64,000 bases of DNA from Sphagnum compactum (taxonomy: Eukaryota): assembly GCA_965153455.1 (NCBI GenBank), contig OZ234493.1, positions 32,788,213 through 32,852,212 of the forward strand, in the 5' to 3' direction. Both the position numbers and the translations under genes were made by a program. This document shows positions 1 through 13,320 of the stretch, one piece after another (the stretch's first letter is position 1; each line of letters starts with the position of its first letter). Below the pieces are notes generated by a model that saw only the letters and a list, made by a program, of their open reading frames with translations, did no database searches and was not told the DNA's origin.

Positions 1-1240
1 GGACCTTTTATTGGGGGGGGGGGAGCTTCCTTACCACAATTTCTTCTCTTTCTTTTTTTTTTTGAATGATGGGGGCAAATCAAATTGGCTCATTGCCAAA
101 AGAAGAACATTGAAGTGGGGAGGCACCTCATCTAGTTAATGCAAAGCACAATAAAGTCAAATAGAATTTCTACTTGCATCCAACCCTTGAAACATTGAGA
201 ACCCACAAAAATCTTTCAAAAGTATCATTCTATATATCTCTAATATATGACTAGGTAGATCAAAATAATAACCCTTACTATTAGGTTTCAAAAATATGAT
301 CTCCCAATAGATTCTCCCCACCCCAAAAACAATGAACAACAAACATGAGTTTGTTTTAATTTATGAGCCAAATTTTCAAAAAAATAAAAATAAAATTAAT
401 TTAAATAAATTTAAATAAATTTTTTAAATTTTTTTTATAAAAAAACTACAAGATATTTTCCTTCTCCCTTCTTTCTTGCCACTGAGAAAATTTGTTATTG
501 TTTTTATTGTTGTGGCAAAAGCCTAGATTTCATGATTGCTGCCTATTGCTGTTGCTGATGGCTTCTTTTTTATGCAATTTTTATTAATTTCTCAGGAATT
601 TGCCCCCCCCCGCTCTTGCTAGCTTAGCCTTTCCAAGAGCATAAGATTTGGGTGAAGAACTGGGCCATGGTTTTGTTTTGCATTTTGAGGAAGTGGGAAG
701 TGGGTCTTGTGTTGTTGTTGTTGTTGTTGGTAGTGGAGTGGTGAGCAAAAAATTGGTGTGAAAGTTTTGTTGTTGGTGCTGTTTGGGTTTGTTGGGTTTG
801 TGAGGTTTGTGGTTGTTGTTGGATGGATCTGGTGGGATGTGTAGTGCAAGAAGAGATGAACACAAAGCCATGAGCTAACTGAGCATATTGAGTGATGAGA
901 TGCTGCTGGTGTTGAAGAAGAAGAAGAAGAAGAAGAAGAAGATCTGTTTAGGCAGTCTGCACACTCTGGTGCACATTTTTGGGGTGTTTTTCTATGAGAT
1001 TCTTTCACTTCCTATCCTCCCATCTAGGTTGGATTCGACAGAGTGCAAAAGTGCTTTGTCTATGAGCTGCTGCTGCCGTTTCTCTGAAGATTTTATGTGG
1101 GAAGAAGTTAACAACTAGGGTTTGATGATGGGTCTCCCTCTTTGGGATTTTGTGATGTAAATGGGTGGCTAAATCTTTGGTTCCTTTTGTTTGTGGTGGC
1201 AGGTGTTGTGTGGGTGGTTCAAGGTGTGAACATTGGACAC

Positions 1241-2561
1241 ATGTCGATGTTGGTATGGAATGGATCAGGTGCACGAGGAGATTCCTTAGAGATTGTGGAA
1301 CATGAGAGGTCGGTATCAACTAAAACAAGGCCAACAACATCAAGCCTCCTCCCTGTGGAGTTGCCCTACTGCCCCGTATGCTGGGATGGTTATGACCATG
1401 GGAAACGAATGCCTCGGGTTCTTCACTGTGGGCACACCATATGTCAGGTACTTTTTTCCTTTTATCATTACTGATTGAAATCATGCCTTCTGGAATGTAG
1501 TGTTTATGAGCTGCAAGTATCTAGTATTTGCCTCATGTGCTTGCAGTATAGATGTAGAGAGATCTAGATTCTCTTTCCAAAAGAAATCAAATCTCGTGAT
1601 GGGTATATGGGAAACTAGTAATGCATTTGTGAAAGGCAGTTAGAAGATTGTGCAGTGAGTGTCCAATGGTGCAAGCTCAGGTAATGGATGTACAGCATGC
1701 TGAATCTCTTCAAAAGAACATGCCCTTAAAAAAACTTTCAGTGTTGTTTCTCTCTTCTCTTCATCTTTCCTTGTTTAGTTATCTTCTGGGTTTCTGTTTT
1801 CCCCTTAAATTCTTCTTGGTTTCCTTTGTCATCTCCATCTCTTTTATGTTTTGTTGAGTTAGCCAGTGTCATGGCTGAGTGTTCCTGTTACTGCCAGGTT
1901 TGAGACAGAAACTCAACTCAACCAAGTGACCCCTGCTGTAGTCAAGTTGAATACCAAAAAGTATCCATCTAAGATATGCATCTTTCTTTTCCAGGATTGC
2001 CTGGAGCATCTGTTCTTCGATGCAGGTTTTGCACAGCGATGTGTGCGCTGTCCAGAATGCCGGGGGATGTGTGTGTGGAGGGGCCAGCAGCTTCCAAAAA
2101 ACTATGTACTCCTCCAAATTCTAAGCTCCTGTTCATCTACCCAGGATTCCTCAAACACCCAAAACAAGTGTTCTGCACCAGCTGCAGTTCCAGTGGTCTT
2201 ACAATTGTCTCATCTTTTCTCCACCATTGTCACGCATTATGTGAGCTTTGGGATAATACCGAGCATCGTTGTGATCTTGGAGCGTAAGCTGTGGGAAATC
2301 ACACGGGTAATTTTTGCAACAACGGCAATGCTCATATTCATACCACTTTCACTCACACACATGGTGCTGGCTTGGTGGACAGCCACAATTGGGTTTTGTG
2401 TGTTTCTATGGTCGTCACTCGGGAGTATGGGCATCGCAGTCTTCATGTTCTTCACTTGCTGTAATTTTCATCTCTTCCATTTCCTGCTTGAAATAGGTGC
2501 AGCTCATTTTCATCGACTCCGATGCAAGTACTCCCACCTCAGATTTGCCTTGTCTCAGTAG
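1241..2561 (+). CDS. RING-HC zinc-finger E3 ubiquitin ligase with C-terminal transmembrane segments (2 coding exons: 1241-1447, 1995-2561)
   Basis: Joining TGTCAG|GTACTT (1447) to TTCCAG|GATTGC (1995) restores a full C3HC4 motif: CPVC..CGHTICQDC...CPEC. A long hydrophobic C-terminus follows (VIFATTAMLIFIPL.., IGFCVFLWSSLGSMGIAVFMFF). Architecture resembles RNF182/RNF152-type membrane RINGs. Start ATG inferred after a likely 5'UTR acceptor at ~1202. Confidence 0.85.
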
Positions 2562-5500
2562 ATGCTACTATTATGGAACCAAGCATTGACTAGGTGAGTT
2601 AAGACAACCTCCAAACCAGAATCTCTCTTCATTGGTGAACCCTATTTCAACTTGACTACTAAGTTAATACCATAGGGGTGTGATCTGGACCCTGTAGTCT
2701 CATGTACCAACTAGTCTAAGCTAAACCAGGGACAACATTTGTTAAGCACTTTTAAGTGTGGGATGTTATTGATTTCAGTTATTTATTTCCTACTTGCCTA
2801 CTCTTGTTTATGCTCAGATGAGTTGTAGAATAATTTGAGAAAGTTGGTTGTTTTCCTGATAGTTCTTTTGCTTTGAAATGAGATGATTGTTCATAACAAA
2901 AATCAGAAACTCATTGTCTAAAAATGGTGACATGTGACCTTGTTTTCCTCAAAAATATGGAAGCTTTTGCATTTTTGTTCCAAGAATAGGCCTTTGTACC
3001 ATTCATGAAAAGTGTGCACTCATTAACATTTTTGACACTCTTGACAAAAATCTATTATTGAAAACATACTTACCAATGTTGGTTACATTAGGTCTAAGTC
3101 TGGGTCTAAGAACTAAACCTCATGGGTCTCCATGGACTTGGACCCATGTTAAAATTGGAGCTCAACATGAACTCAAACTTGCCTTAGAACCAAATCCAAT
3201 CAATATACATGGAGGTAGTGTGGTCTAAAAGAGAGGGTTACCATAAAACAGCAAGGCATTCTATAGATAAGCATAAAATACCAAAATGCTTGGCACATTA
3301 TTTATTGGATCTTAAAATCTTGGTATTTGGATGTATCAAAACCTAAGTTTACACCCAACTATAAGTTCCTATGAACTTGAATCTAGTCTTGCCTAATCCA
3401 CAATCAGAACATGACTTGATTATACATAAACATTTAATCTGAACAAATAATGGAGGTTTAGCCAAGATCAGGTCACTCAATGTTCCCTCAATCCATTTGA
3501 GTTGCTAAATCCCACCTCTAATGTATGCATAATGTTTCTGTTACATAACATGGTCTGCTACTTGTTCTCACTACAACAAACCAAATCCCTTCTAAAGCTT
3601 CTGCTTATAGTGTATTGCTCACACATAACCAACATCCTAGTAGCTACTAACGTAATAGAAGAAAAACTAGTAGCTACCCCCTAATCAACACAACACCAAT
3701 CCTAACATCCTTAAACAACTAGAATGTCATATCACTTAACTTTTCTTTTTCTCCTTTTCAAGCTCTAGTGCCCCTTCTCAAAGTCAATCTATAGTGCCTC
3801 ATCTTTTAGCAATACCGCACACCAATCCAAGCAAGCAAAAATTCATCATTCCTCATGAAGAGCTAAAACCAAACACAAATAAACATGAAGACTCACATTC
3901 TAAAATCAAGGAAACAAAACGCCTCCTTTTTCCGTTTCCATGAATGCACAACCTGCAATCATAAAACACACAAAACAAAACATATTATTCCTAACTTCAT
4001 ATAGTTAGAGTGCACATTTCAATCATTGTGCTCCATCAACTGCCGGTTTAGGGTAGTCCTTTGGTAACTTTTTCATGTTAGGGCTCCTTTTAGGTCACAA
4101 TAGAACCACTTTAGATTTGGACCCAATAAGTTTTAAGGGCTCTTTTTATATGGTTCAAATCATAGGTTTGGGCGAGGTTATGATCTAAAGTCTTACAATT
4201 TTTTGTTTTTAAGCTTTTAAGCTTTTGGTGTTGAAGACTGCACACCATGGGTTGAAACAATAGGAGCCACATGATTGATGTGTGTAATGGATTAAAATAT
4301 TTATTAAGATAATTTACAATAATACCAAGATATCTACTAGGATAATTTATGGTAGTGTTTAATAGGGTAGCTATATATTTTGGTCAGTTTGTTTAAGCTT
4401 GCTTTACATTAGGGTGCAATTTTGAACTACTCCAATTCAAAGTGGAGGATTCCTATTGGTCAAGAATTCAAAGTTAGGCTGGTTTCAAATCCACACCATT
4501 ATTGATGAACAAGAAAAATAAAATGTGGTTGCTTATGGGTGGTGTGGTTATTTTCTTGCCATTGATTTTTGTTGTTTATGAACAAGTTGGCTCATTGATA
4601 ATAACTCTAACCCCTTATGCAAACCAACCACAATTAAGAATAATAAATGTTCAATGAATCTAGTTCATTAGTAAGTGGCACATTGCAAAATGAAAAAAAA
4701 AATGCATCCCCAATTAATTAATAAGCTAAAATTGAACCCTAGCCTTAAATTTGGAACTATTGGTCAAGAAAATTTGATTCATACAAAAAATCAATGAGTT
4801 TTATTTTGTGAAAATATTAAATATACCCAAAAACTGAAAGATCTTTCAAATTTGAAAATAAAAATAAAAATAATCATAAACCTAATCCCATAGTTCCAAT
4901 AAAAACTCATGACTTCAATTCGTTACTAGGCCATGCTAAATATTATTTATTACAATCAATTTAACCATATATGGGTCAATGCCAACTCAACCAACCAACA
5001 AAACCCATGTTTTCACTTGGGGCATTAAACCTTGGGCCCAACCAAGGGAAGTATGGGCAACCCAATTATTTTCCTTACAACACTTAGGTTGCAATCACAC
5101 TTGGTCATGTTACGCCTATTCATGTTAAGAGCTAATTTGCTAACATGGACTTAACCAAGTTCCCATTAAGCTTAACACTAATCTTTAACATTTAACTTAA
5201 CAAACATCCACAAGTGCATTCACATTCGGCATGTTGTTAAGCATTTTTAGGGTTAAGGCGTATTTGCTTGCCATCATGGATTTACACCAAAAATCCATTA
5301 TGGCAAGTTACCACCACCTTTTGGCCATTTTTCGTCATTCCCATCAATGTTGGGGACGTTGAATGTTTTTCTTCCATTTTGTTCCATAATCAATGTTTTT
5401 AAAAAAAAAAACATTGTTCACCTTTGTTCTCATTGGTGCTTTGTAGGCTTGGTTTCATCACACTTGTTCTTTTACTTGCATTTGCTCTCGCAGGTGTTTT

Positions 5501-6929
5501 ACAAATTCGATCTTATCATGCTTACTCTCATTGCTTTTGTTTTTGTTGTTGCTTTACAAATCTAGTCTCATCACTTTCATTCTCATCGTTTTTGCTTTTG
5601 TTGGTGCTTTACAAGCTCGTTATTATCAAGTTTGCTTTTGTTGCTTTGTAAGCTCGATCCCATCATTTTCATATGTGTCAACATTGTTGCATGGTGTCAT
5701 CATCATCATGGTTTTGCAAATCTATAGTGTTGGGACATGATTTGTTGGGGCATTGGAACATTACATTGTTGTGGAGCTCTGCTTGTGCAAACAACCTAAT
5801 AACTTTTTTCCTTTGCTTTTTTGTTTTCTTCTTCTTTTCAATAGTCTTTTCATTTCTTGATTTCTATTTGTTGTGTGTAATTGTCATGTTTTTGCAATTG
5901 TGGGGTGCTAGGACACAATTTACTCTCCTTAGTTGCAACTTGCATTACTATGGAGTTCTTTGCCTATGTAATCAACTTAGGATCTTTTCATTCCATTGTT
6001 TTTTATTTTCTTCTTCAAGTTTTCAACATTTTTTAATATTTCTATCTATTGTGTGTTGTTGTCTTCTTTTTGGACGTCTAGGTTGTTGGGACACAATCCA
6101 TTTTCCTCAATTGCAATACACATTGTTTTTTTAACACAAGACTCATGTTATTGTGGAACTCTTCCTCTAGGGTTGTCATTGCTATCTTTTGTTATGAGAT
6201 CCATTACTATTTTTTTATGACTTTCTTGTGTTTGAAATCCTTTAGTTTCAACCTCTAAATTTTTTATAACTTTTAAGCATTTGAACATTTGCGATTGAAC
6301 TAAGCCTCTAAACCTTCCTTCTCTTTCCTTGAACATGAAGAATTAACAAAACAAGGTTCCATTTTAAACATGGTGTATGTTGTTTCAAATCATGGTTTAT
6401 GTTTTCAAATTACTCACTTTTTCATCTTTGGATCTAAATTTGTACAATTTCAACCCAACTCCTAAAATAAATGTAGATTTTTTTATGAATATAGTTATGT
6501 TCCATTGTTTGCAAATGTGTAATTGTCTCTTTTTTTATCAAAAGATTTAAAGGCATTGGGTGAAGCCAAGGATCACCACTTGGTTCTCCAAATGTTTATT
6601 AACTGAATATGATGATGATAAATGGGTATAGGATTTCAGAATGACAAAAACAATTTTGTTTAAGATTGGTGAATAGTTGCAACCTTTTTTGTTGAAGCAT
6701 AACATTTCATATTGCAAAAAAATAATAGTTGAAATATGAATGTCATGTGATGTTTATAAATTGGCCCATAGTGCCAATTTTGCAGTAAATTGTTTACTAT
6801 TGGCAAGTCAACAATTTCCTTTGTGTTACATGAGTTTGTGAAGGTTGTCAACATCACCTTAAGGAACTTTATGTCTTGGCCAATTAGAGCAAAATCAAAT
6901 GTTGTCATGGAAAGTTTTAGTTACGATGT

Positions 6930-8296
6930 GGGTTGTCGAATGTTCGTGGTGTAAATGATGGCACCCACATTCTAATATCTAAACCTCAAACCTTTTTTTT
7001 TGAAGATTACTATTTCCATAAAAGAAGAGGCTATTTAATTGTTGGGTCAAAACAAGTAACTAGGAGCTAAAAAAGGCGTTGAATGTTAGACATAACTAAT
7101 CAAAATCAAACATGTATTTTCTAATTTACCATTTAAAACTATAGGAATCATGGCAAGTTAGTCTTTTTTCCTTCATATGAATGTCAAAGAACTTAGAATA
7201 AAAATTGATTTGATCCAATTTTAAGTTTTGGTTTTAATTTAAGATGTTTGAAAATGTGCCCCTACTGCGTTAGATGCAGCCAATTTTGCAAAGGACTATC
7301 AAAAGGATTCATATAATTAAAAAAATTCATTGAAAAAAATATAGATGATAAGAACATATTAACCACACTAAAAAAACACTCATATTTTTTAAAATGTTGA
7401 ATTCTAAAATTTTAAAAATTCAAACAATGTTTCAAAATTGCTTCAAAATATCAAAGCTTCAAGGGTCCTTCACCACATATAAAAGGGTTATAATGTACAT
7501 GATGTATGAAAAAAAATTATAACTTAAAGTATAAAAAATTTAAAGAATGTGAAATTTTAATTTCTGGTGATGATTTAAAATTTTGGTCATTTTTCAAGAT
7601 GAAACATTGAATCAGTAAGGAATTTGCACACTTTTAAAAAAATCATATTTATTCAATAATGAATAAAAATAAAATGTGATGCATTGGGGAACATTTAAAT
7701 ATTTTTCAGAACAAGTTACAAAAAAAATCATTCAAAAATTCATTTGCATGTAAAAGTTTTTTTTGGGAAGAAGGATGTGCAATCCTTTGGTTCCTAGTTA
7801 TAAATTTTGACCATGTTGCTCAAGTCATTATAGATTGCAATAAAATTTTTATTGATCTTTGTGTTGGATTACTAAGTAGTGTTAGTGATGTTAAAGTCTT
7901 ACACATGTTTGCATTGTATGAATGTGTTCAATTTTATGGTCTATTTGATCTTAAGAAAGGTGCTAATGGTTTTCCTCCATATTTGTTGGGTGATAAGGCC
8001 TATCCATTAGTTAATTGGATAATGATGGCCTTCAAAGAGGAGGGCAACATACAATCTTGGAATCACTTTATAATAAGAAGCATAAAAGAAGGAGGTCAAT
8101 CATTGAAAATGTTTTTAGCATATTGAAAAAGACTTTCAAAGAGTTACAAAAATCTGAATTACATATGACATTCTTGCTTAAGGTGAGTATGTGTTGTTGC
8201 ATGTTGCATAATTTCTTTGGGAGCGAAAATGAAGCTAGCATAGTTCAACTGATTCACATTATTGTGCTAGAGGTTAACACACATGATGAAGGATAA
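6930..8296 (+). pseudogene. Harbinger DDE transposase remnant, interrupted by a MITE
   Basis: Reads GLSNVRGVNDGTHILISKP..DYYFHKRRGYLIV (to 7043). Resumes after 7813 as AQVIIDCNKIFIDLCVGL..SDVKVL, then YLLGDKAYPL and (frameshifted) RSIIENVFSILKKTF..CCMLHNF. These are the DGTH, GDxAY and ExxF catalytic motifs of HARBI1/DDE_Tnp_4 transposases. Confidence 0.85.
7045..7812. mobile_element. Non-autonomous TIR element (MITE) nested in the Harbinger transposase
   Basis: Left end GGTCAAAACAAGTAACTAGGAGCTAAA; reverse complement of right end GGTCAAAATTTATAACTAGGAACCAAA. Flanks TTGTTG and ATGTTG form a 4-6 bp duplication. Removing the element restores the I-V-A-Q reading frame. Interior is very AT-rich. 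Confidence 0.8.
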
Positions 8297-9359
8297 CAAA
8301 AAAAATGTTGATGACAAAATGAATCAAATGCAAATTGAAGGTAAGAGAGTTCTAAAATAATTTGTAAGGACTTGAGTTGATAGATAAAGAAACTTTTCAC
8401 AATTTGGTAAGTTTGATTTTTCCATCAAAATTGAAATTACGTCAAGCTAAAATTTCAGTTTTTACATTTTAATTTCTCCCATAACTTTTGGAAAAAGTTG
8501 TTGACTTTTATGGGTAGGTATATTATGTTACTTGTAGTCACAACTTGCAAATTATTGTACCAATAATTGTTAAATTTTGATGGCAAGCATATTATGGCAC
8601 CTATAATATGAAGTTGCAAAATATTGTATCAACAATTGCTAAATTTCAATGGTAGGTATACTATGGCACTTGCAATAGGAGCTTGTAAATTAGGGACAAC
8701 TCATGTACATTGCAACCAGGTTCTTCTTTTCCCATTTGTTGATATTCATAAACACCAACATTACAACTTTCATTTCAACAAAAAAAATGCATTTTCAAGT
8801 TTCAATTTAATTTGGAATACCTTAGTGCTTGGCAACTTCTTCATGATTTGTGATTTTGTCTTCTATTGCACTGGTGGTTCATGTGTCATTTTTGATAGCA
8901 ACTCGCATGAAAGCCTAACTCATTGCTTGTGTCAAATTGTTGAGTTCATGAATCATTCCCATGCCTATGGTCATTGTGTGTTGTGGGCAGCCTCATCGCA
9001 TATTTTGAAATATTCATTCTATTTTTCAACAAGTCTATTTTGAATCTCCATTCCTTTCTCCTCCAACATTATACTCGTGGCATTGATCTGATCAATAAAC
9101 TCCACTATAATCTTGCTCCCTTTTTTTGTTATTTCTACCATGCTTTTATGAGCAAAATAATATGGTCTTTTCACCTTTATGCTTCAATTTGATCAATCAC
9201 TTTGTGTTTTGAGAATGTTTAAATGCTTGTTGACTAAAGTTGATGTTGGGGGTTTGTTGGGGGGTCATTAAATCATCATTCAAATTGATGGCATCATTAG
9301 GCATGAAACCATATTGCTTGTAGGTGCCATTTGCATCATCTATTAGACCCAACATATGA

Positions 9360-9736
9360 AGTGGGTTGAAAACGGGCCATGTTCCCAAAAATTCTCCAAT
9401 CATTTTATATAGTCTTCACTCAAAATTCCTTGGCAACCTTCATGCCAAATTTTCCTCTAGGTTTAGGGACTAGTATTCTTGGTTGTTTCTAGTACCTATT
9501 TTGAAGTTATAAATCTTTTTGAAATATCCTACGAAAGCACCCCACTTGTTTTTACATCTTGCACCATTCTGTAATTGACTTGAGAAACTTACATTCATCA
9601 CCTATATTAAAATCTTGTTCAATTTTGTAACAATAGTCTCAAACTTGTCCCTACTATTTATTGTGTCAAGACTTGTAACATGTTCATCCTTTTTAGCTTT
9701 GACAAGCACCAATATTTCACCATGATCCCAATTTGG
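9360..9736 (-). pseudogene. Harbinger ORF1 remnant: Myb/SANT-like trihelix DNA-binding protein
   Basis: Minus-strand translation: PNWDHGEILVLVKAKKDEH..KLNKILI*..NGARCKNKWGAFVGYFKKIYNF..EY*SLNLEENLA*RLPRNFE*RLYKMIGEF. It has several stops and is convergent with the transposase. Confidence 0.8.
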
Positions 9737-12700
9737 TTAGTGTGTTTTCTTGCCTTAGACCTGCACATTGGAATCTATTATTTGATTAAGACCTTCTTTC
9801 ATATTTTATTGTTTTATTTTGCGTTGGAGTCATTGCCTCATCAAGAGAACTATTCATGACAAATTCTTCCATACTTGCACACAATTGAAGTAGGCATTTG
9901 GTATCAATGTCCAATTTTTTACATTGAATAAAATAGAATTTGCAACCATGAGTGTGGTTACTAACAAACTTGTTCTCATGTGTGCAAACGTTATTGTTCA
10001 AAAGTTTGTTGATCAACATTCTTTTGTTTAAGAAGTGTGATCTTATGACCAAAAATCTTTCACAACATATTTTTTATTCATGGTATGTTTTCTATTCACA
10101 ACATGTTTTTTTATTCATGGCTTGAAAACAATGTAGGTAGCATAACGTAAGCAACAAAATTACCTTTTTTACTTGGTTTTGCTTGATGCTTGTAAAAGCT
10201 TGTCCCTAGAAACTCCATTATGGCATGGTGATGATAGTGAAGAAGTTAGAGGAAGTTTACAACAATCTTGAGCAATAGATTTTGTTGCTCTTTTGTTTAT
10301 TGAACATAACAAAGAAAAGTAGAGTTTAAAGAGAAGTTGAAAGTGGCAACGAGCGGGAAGATGAGAATGCAAGGGAACGAGGAAGGTGAATAGGGAAGGG
10401 AACAAATGGAGAACAAGACAAAAGTAAGTCAACATTGAGTTAAAGTCCCCTTTTTTCGAACTATTAAATTAACATGCAACTTTGGATAAAAACTATTGTT
10501 TTTGAAATTTTGATGATAAATAAAAATTGAGTTAACATTAAGCAAACACCAATGTTAAATGGGTGTCAAGTAGGATGCCATGTAGATTTTAATGTTAACT
10601 AATAATTTTGGTCTGAATTTTACAATTTTCTACCATTCTTTAACATTGATTTACCATCATGTGTGACTGTAGCTTTATTAAATGATCAATTAACTTTAGA
10701 AAGGAGGAAGTAACCTTATAATGCGAAGAAAAAGTCAAATAATCATACTTAAAGTTAATCATCTTGCCATTCGAAACCCATAAGGTGAAGAACAACTCCA
10801 TGGCATGTAAAGACCTTGTAGGATTTTTCTATTATAGTGTCCTACCCATTATAACAAGTTTGGCAATATTTGAGAAGGAAACAAAAGAAGTTGTTAGTTA
10901 TGGAAATTGTTTAATTGAGAACCTCTTCTTCGGTAAGTACCATGAATTAGAAGTTGGGTGTTTCAAAACTCTAATGAAGACTTCAAGGATATTTGTGATT
11001 CACTTTGTCTCGCACCTTTATAGTACATCATTTGATCTTAATTTCAATATTCAAATCAATTGGATCTAGTTTTGGCTAACACCTTTCATGTTTTGTATAC
11101 AACTCCATGAAAGAACAAGGATCTCCCATAATGCTTGTTAGATTGCACAACTTGCAAAAGATTATGAAAGAATTAAAAATGATGTAGTGCATCTTGAGAC
11201 CAATAAAAAAAATCGGCATTTCGTTATCCCTAAGTTATTAACCAAAGAAACTCTTAATGCAAGGAATTACTACAAGGCCATTTTTTAGCATGGTTGGAAA
11301 ATACATTTAGCAAAAGGCACCATGTTCAAATCAAGAGTTCTTGGCACATGTTGCCAAATTTTATGTAAGCAATTAAAGATTCTCAAGAGGAAGGAGAGAA
11401 AAGTTCAAGGTGGTAGGTGCAGGGTAAGAGAGGTCTAATAGAAATGAAAAGCTTTTGACTAGTGAAAGAATATTGGTACAAAAATGTGGAGGTTTATAAT
11501 CAATCTAATAATCATTTTTATAAATATAAATTTTAATAATCATTAAAAAAAATTTATGGATGTACTCGAAGAGTTAAATAAATTTTTAACTTTAAATTTT
11601 AAGAGTCATTTTGAAAAGGAAGATTTCAAAGGAATGTGAGAAAAAGGAAAGATAATGTGATAAAAATAGGTAGAGATTTTGGAAGGGTATTTGAAAGAAT
11701 TATGGAATGTACTTCAATAACTAAATAAAAATAAAAATATCACTTTTAGGCTTCTCTTTGAAAGGGAAGATTTCAAAGGGTATATGAGAAAGAGCAAAGA
11801 TAATGGTACATAAGGTGGAGATTTTGAAAAGGCATTTGAAAAATAGTTGTAAAGTTTTTGCTCTCCAATGAAGGTGGGTAGGGGAGAGGAGTGCAATAGC
11901 TAGGCTTGCAAGAGGTAGCTACTTTAGTGCATGGCATAAAAATACATACATGATGACAAGAATTATGTGGTGAATGGCATGAAGCCATAGATTCTAGATA
12001 AATCTAGAGAACAAAATTTGGCATTCAACAATTTAGAAACTTGATCCCTTAAATTTGAGGTGGCCTTTGATTTGCAAATAATACTATGCATGCCAAGTTT
12101 GCCTTCTGAAGCTTCACCAATTTGCTTCCAGAGAAATGTTGCAATTAATCTGCTTTCTTTCCCATTGTTTGGAAGTTGATTGAGTGATGTTAGTATCTGG
12201 CATTTACCTTCCAATACAACTGCCATCAGAAGCTTCATTTGGTTGTATGCCCCAATATTTGAGGCTTAATTCTCAGTGACAACTGACTCAAGCATGAACA
12301 CATTGATGAAATGAGCAATGAATCTAAAACAAAAAAGTCATAGAGAGCCTTGCACACCACGGAGGATCGCCATGGTTGTCAAAAGATGTAACAGAGAATC
12401 ATATAAAACCCCATCGTGAACACAAATTCTATGGAAAAATTCAACTACCTTTGAAATCAAGAACTGAAGTATATTCATAAAATGGAAAAGAGTTTGGAAG
12501 TGCAGGATGCAAACTGCTTTTGACTTAGCCCAGCAAGCACACTTGGCTGCATGTTCTTATTTGGGCTATGATCTGAAAGATTCTAAGCAAACCCACTTCA
12601 GGTCCTAGGTACTTCTTGTTGGCAACATAACATTGAAAGAGAAAAAAGCAAACTTGGTGACCTTTTGATAAACATTCGAGGAGCAAATGTATAACACATT

Positions 12701-13320
12701 TCAGGGCTTAGGAATAGGGGTGCCAATACCACTAGAGTTTCATATGCACCATCACATTGTGAACCAACTGGAAGTCCTAATCCATACATGAGTGATTCAG
12801 CTTCACAAAATTTGTCAACTGCCAATGACCTGAATTACCACAATGGACACTCAGAGAACCCATCTCTATTCTCTCATGCGTGGATAAAAGAGGTGCCAGT
12901 TTGAACATTATTGTGCAAGTCACATGGTGCATTGCTTCAAAATAGTTTTCTAGAAGTGGATAAGGCCTCAGAATGCTATGAACCCAATCTTGTGTGGGTA
13001 AAAGAGTAGGCCTTATGATGGTGAATCATGCAAGTCAATTGGCAATAGATGGAGGCAACAAATGCAACAAGACAAAGAGTCTCTGAGTGGGGAAGAGATT
13101 AAACTAGAGTAGGATTCCACAGCCTCACATTCTACCCAGTGGGAACTGAGAGCATCAAGCATACACTTCTTTTCATCCTGGTGGGTTTAGATCTTGTTCT
13201 CCAGGTTTTCTGTCCTGTCACAAATTTTGCAAGACAAGGTCTTGAGAAGATAAGCACCCAAGGCATGGAAAGAATGGGTTGTTGATGGAGAAATGGAATA
13301 AAGCTCAAAAGAGTGTCATA

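Larger units (their letters stand above)
5087..10674. mobile_element. Degenerate full-length PIF/Harbinger DNA transposon (~5.6 kb)
   Basis: Imperfect TIRs: GGTTGCAATCACACTTGGT at 5087 versus the reverse complement of the right end, AGCTACAGTCACACATGAT. TTA lies on both flanks (5084-5086, 10675-10677). Internal DDE transposase and Myb/SANT remnants are present. An uninterrupted copy of the flanking sequence lies at ~19164-19285. Confidence 0.88.

Noticed and set aside
584..1118. Several ORFs rich in T, Q, N, S or K
   Set aside because: They are translations of GTT and GAA microsatellites in the RING gene leader.
5347..6220. Hydrophobic F/L/C-rich ORFs suggesting membrane proteins
   Set aside because: They arise from T-rich low-complexity sequence inside the Harbinger element.
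11612..11842. Diverged ~85-bp direct repeat in purine-rich DNA
   Set aside because: Real but heavily decayed, with no termini or coding signal to assign it.
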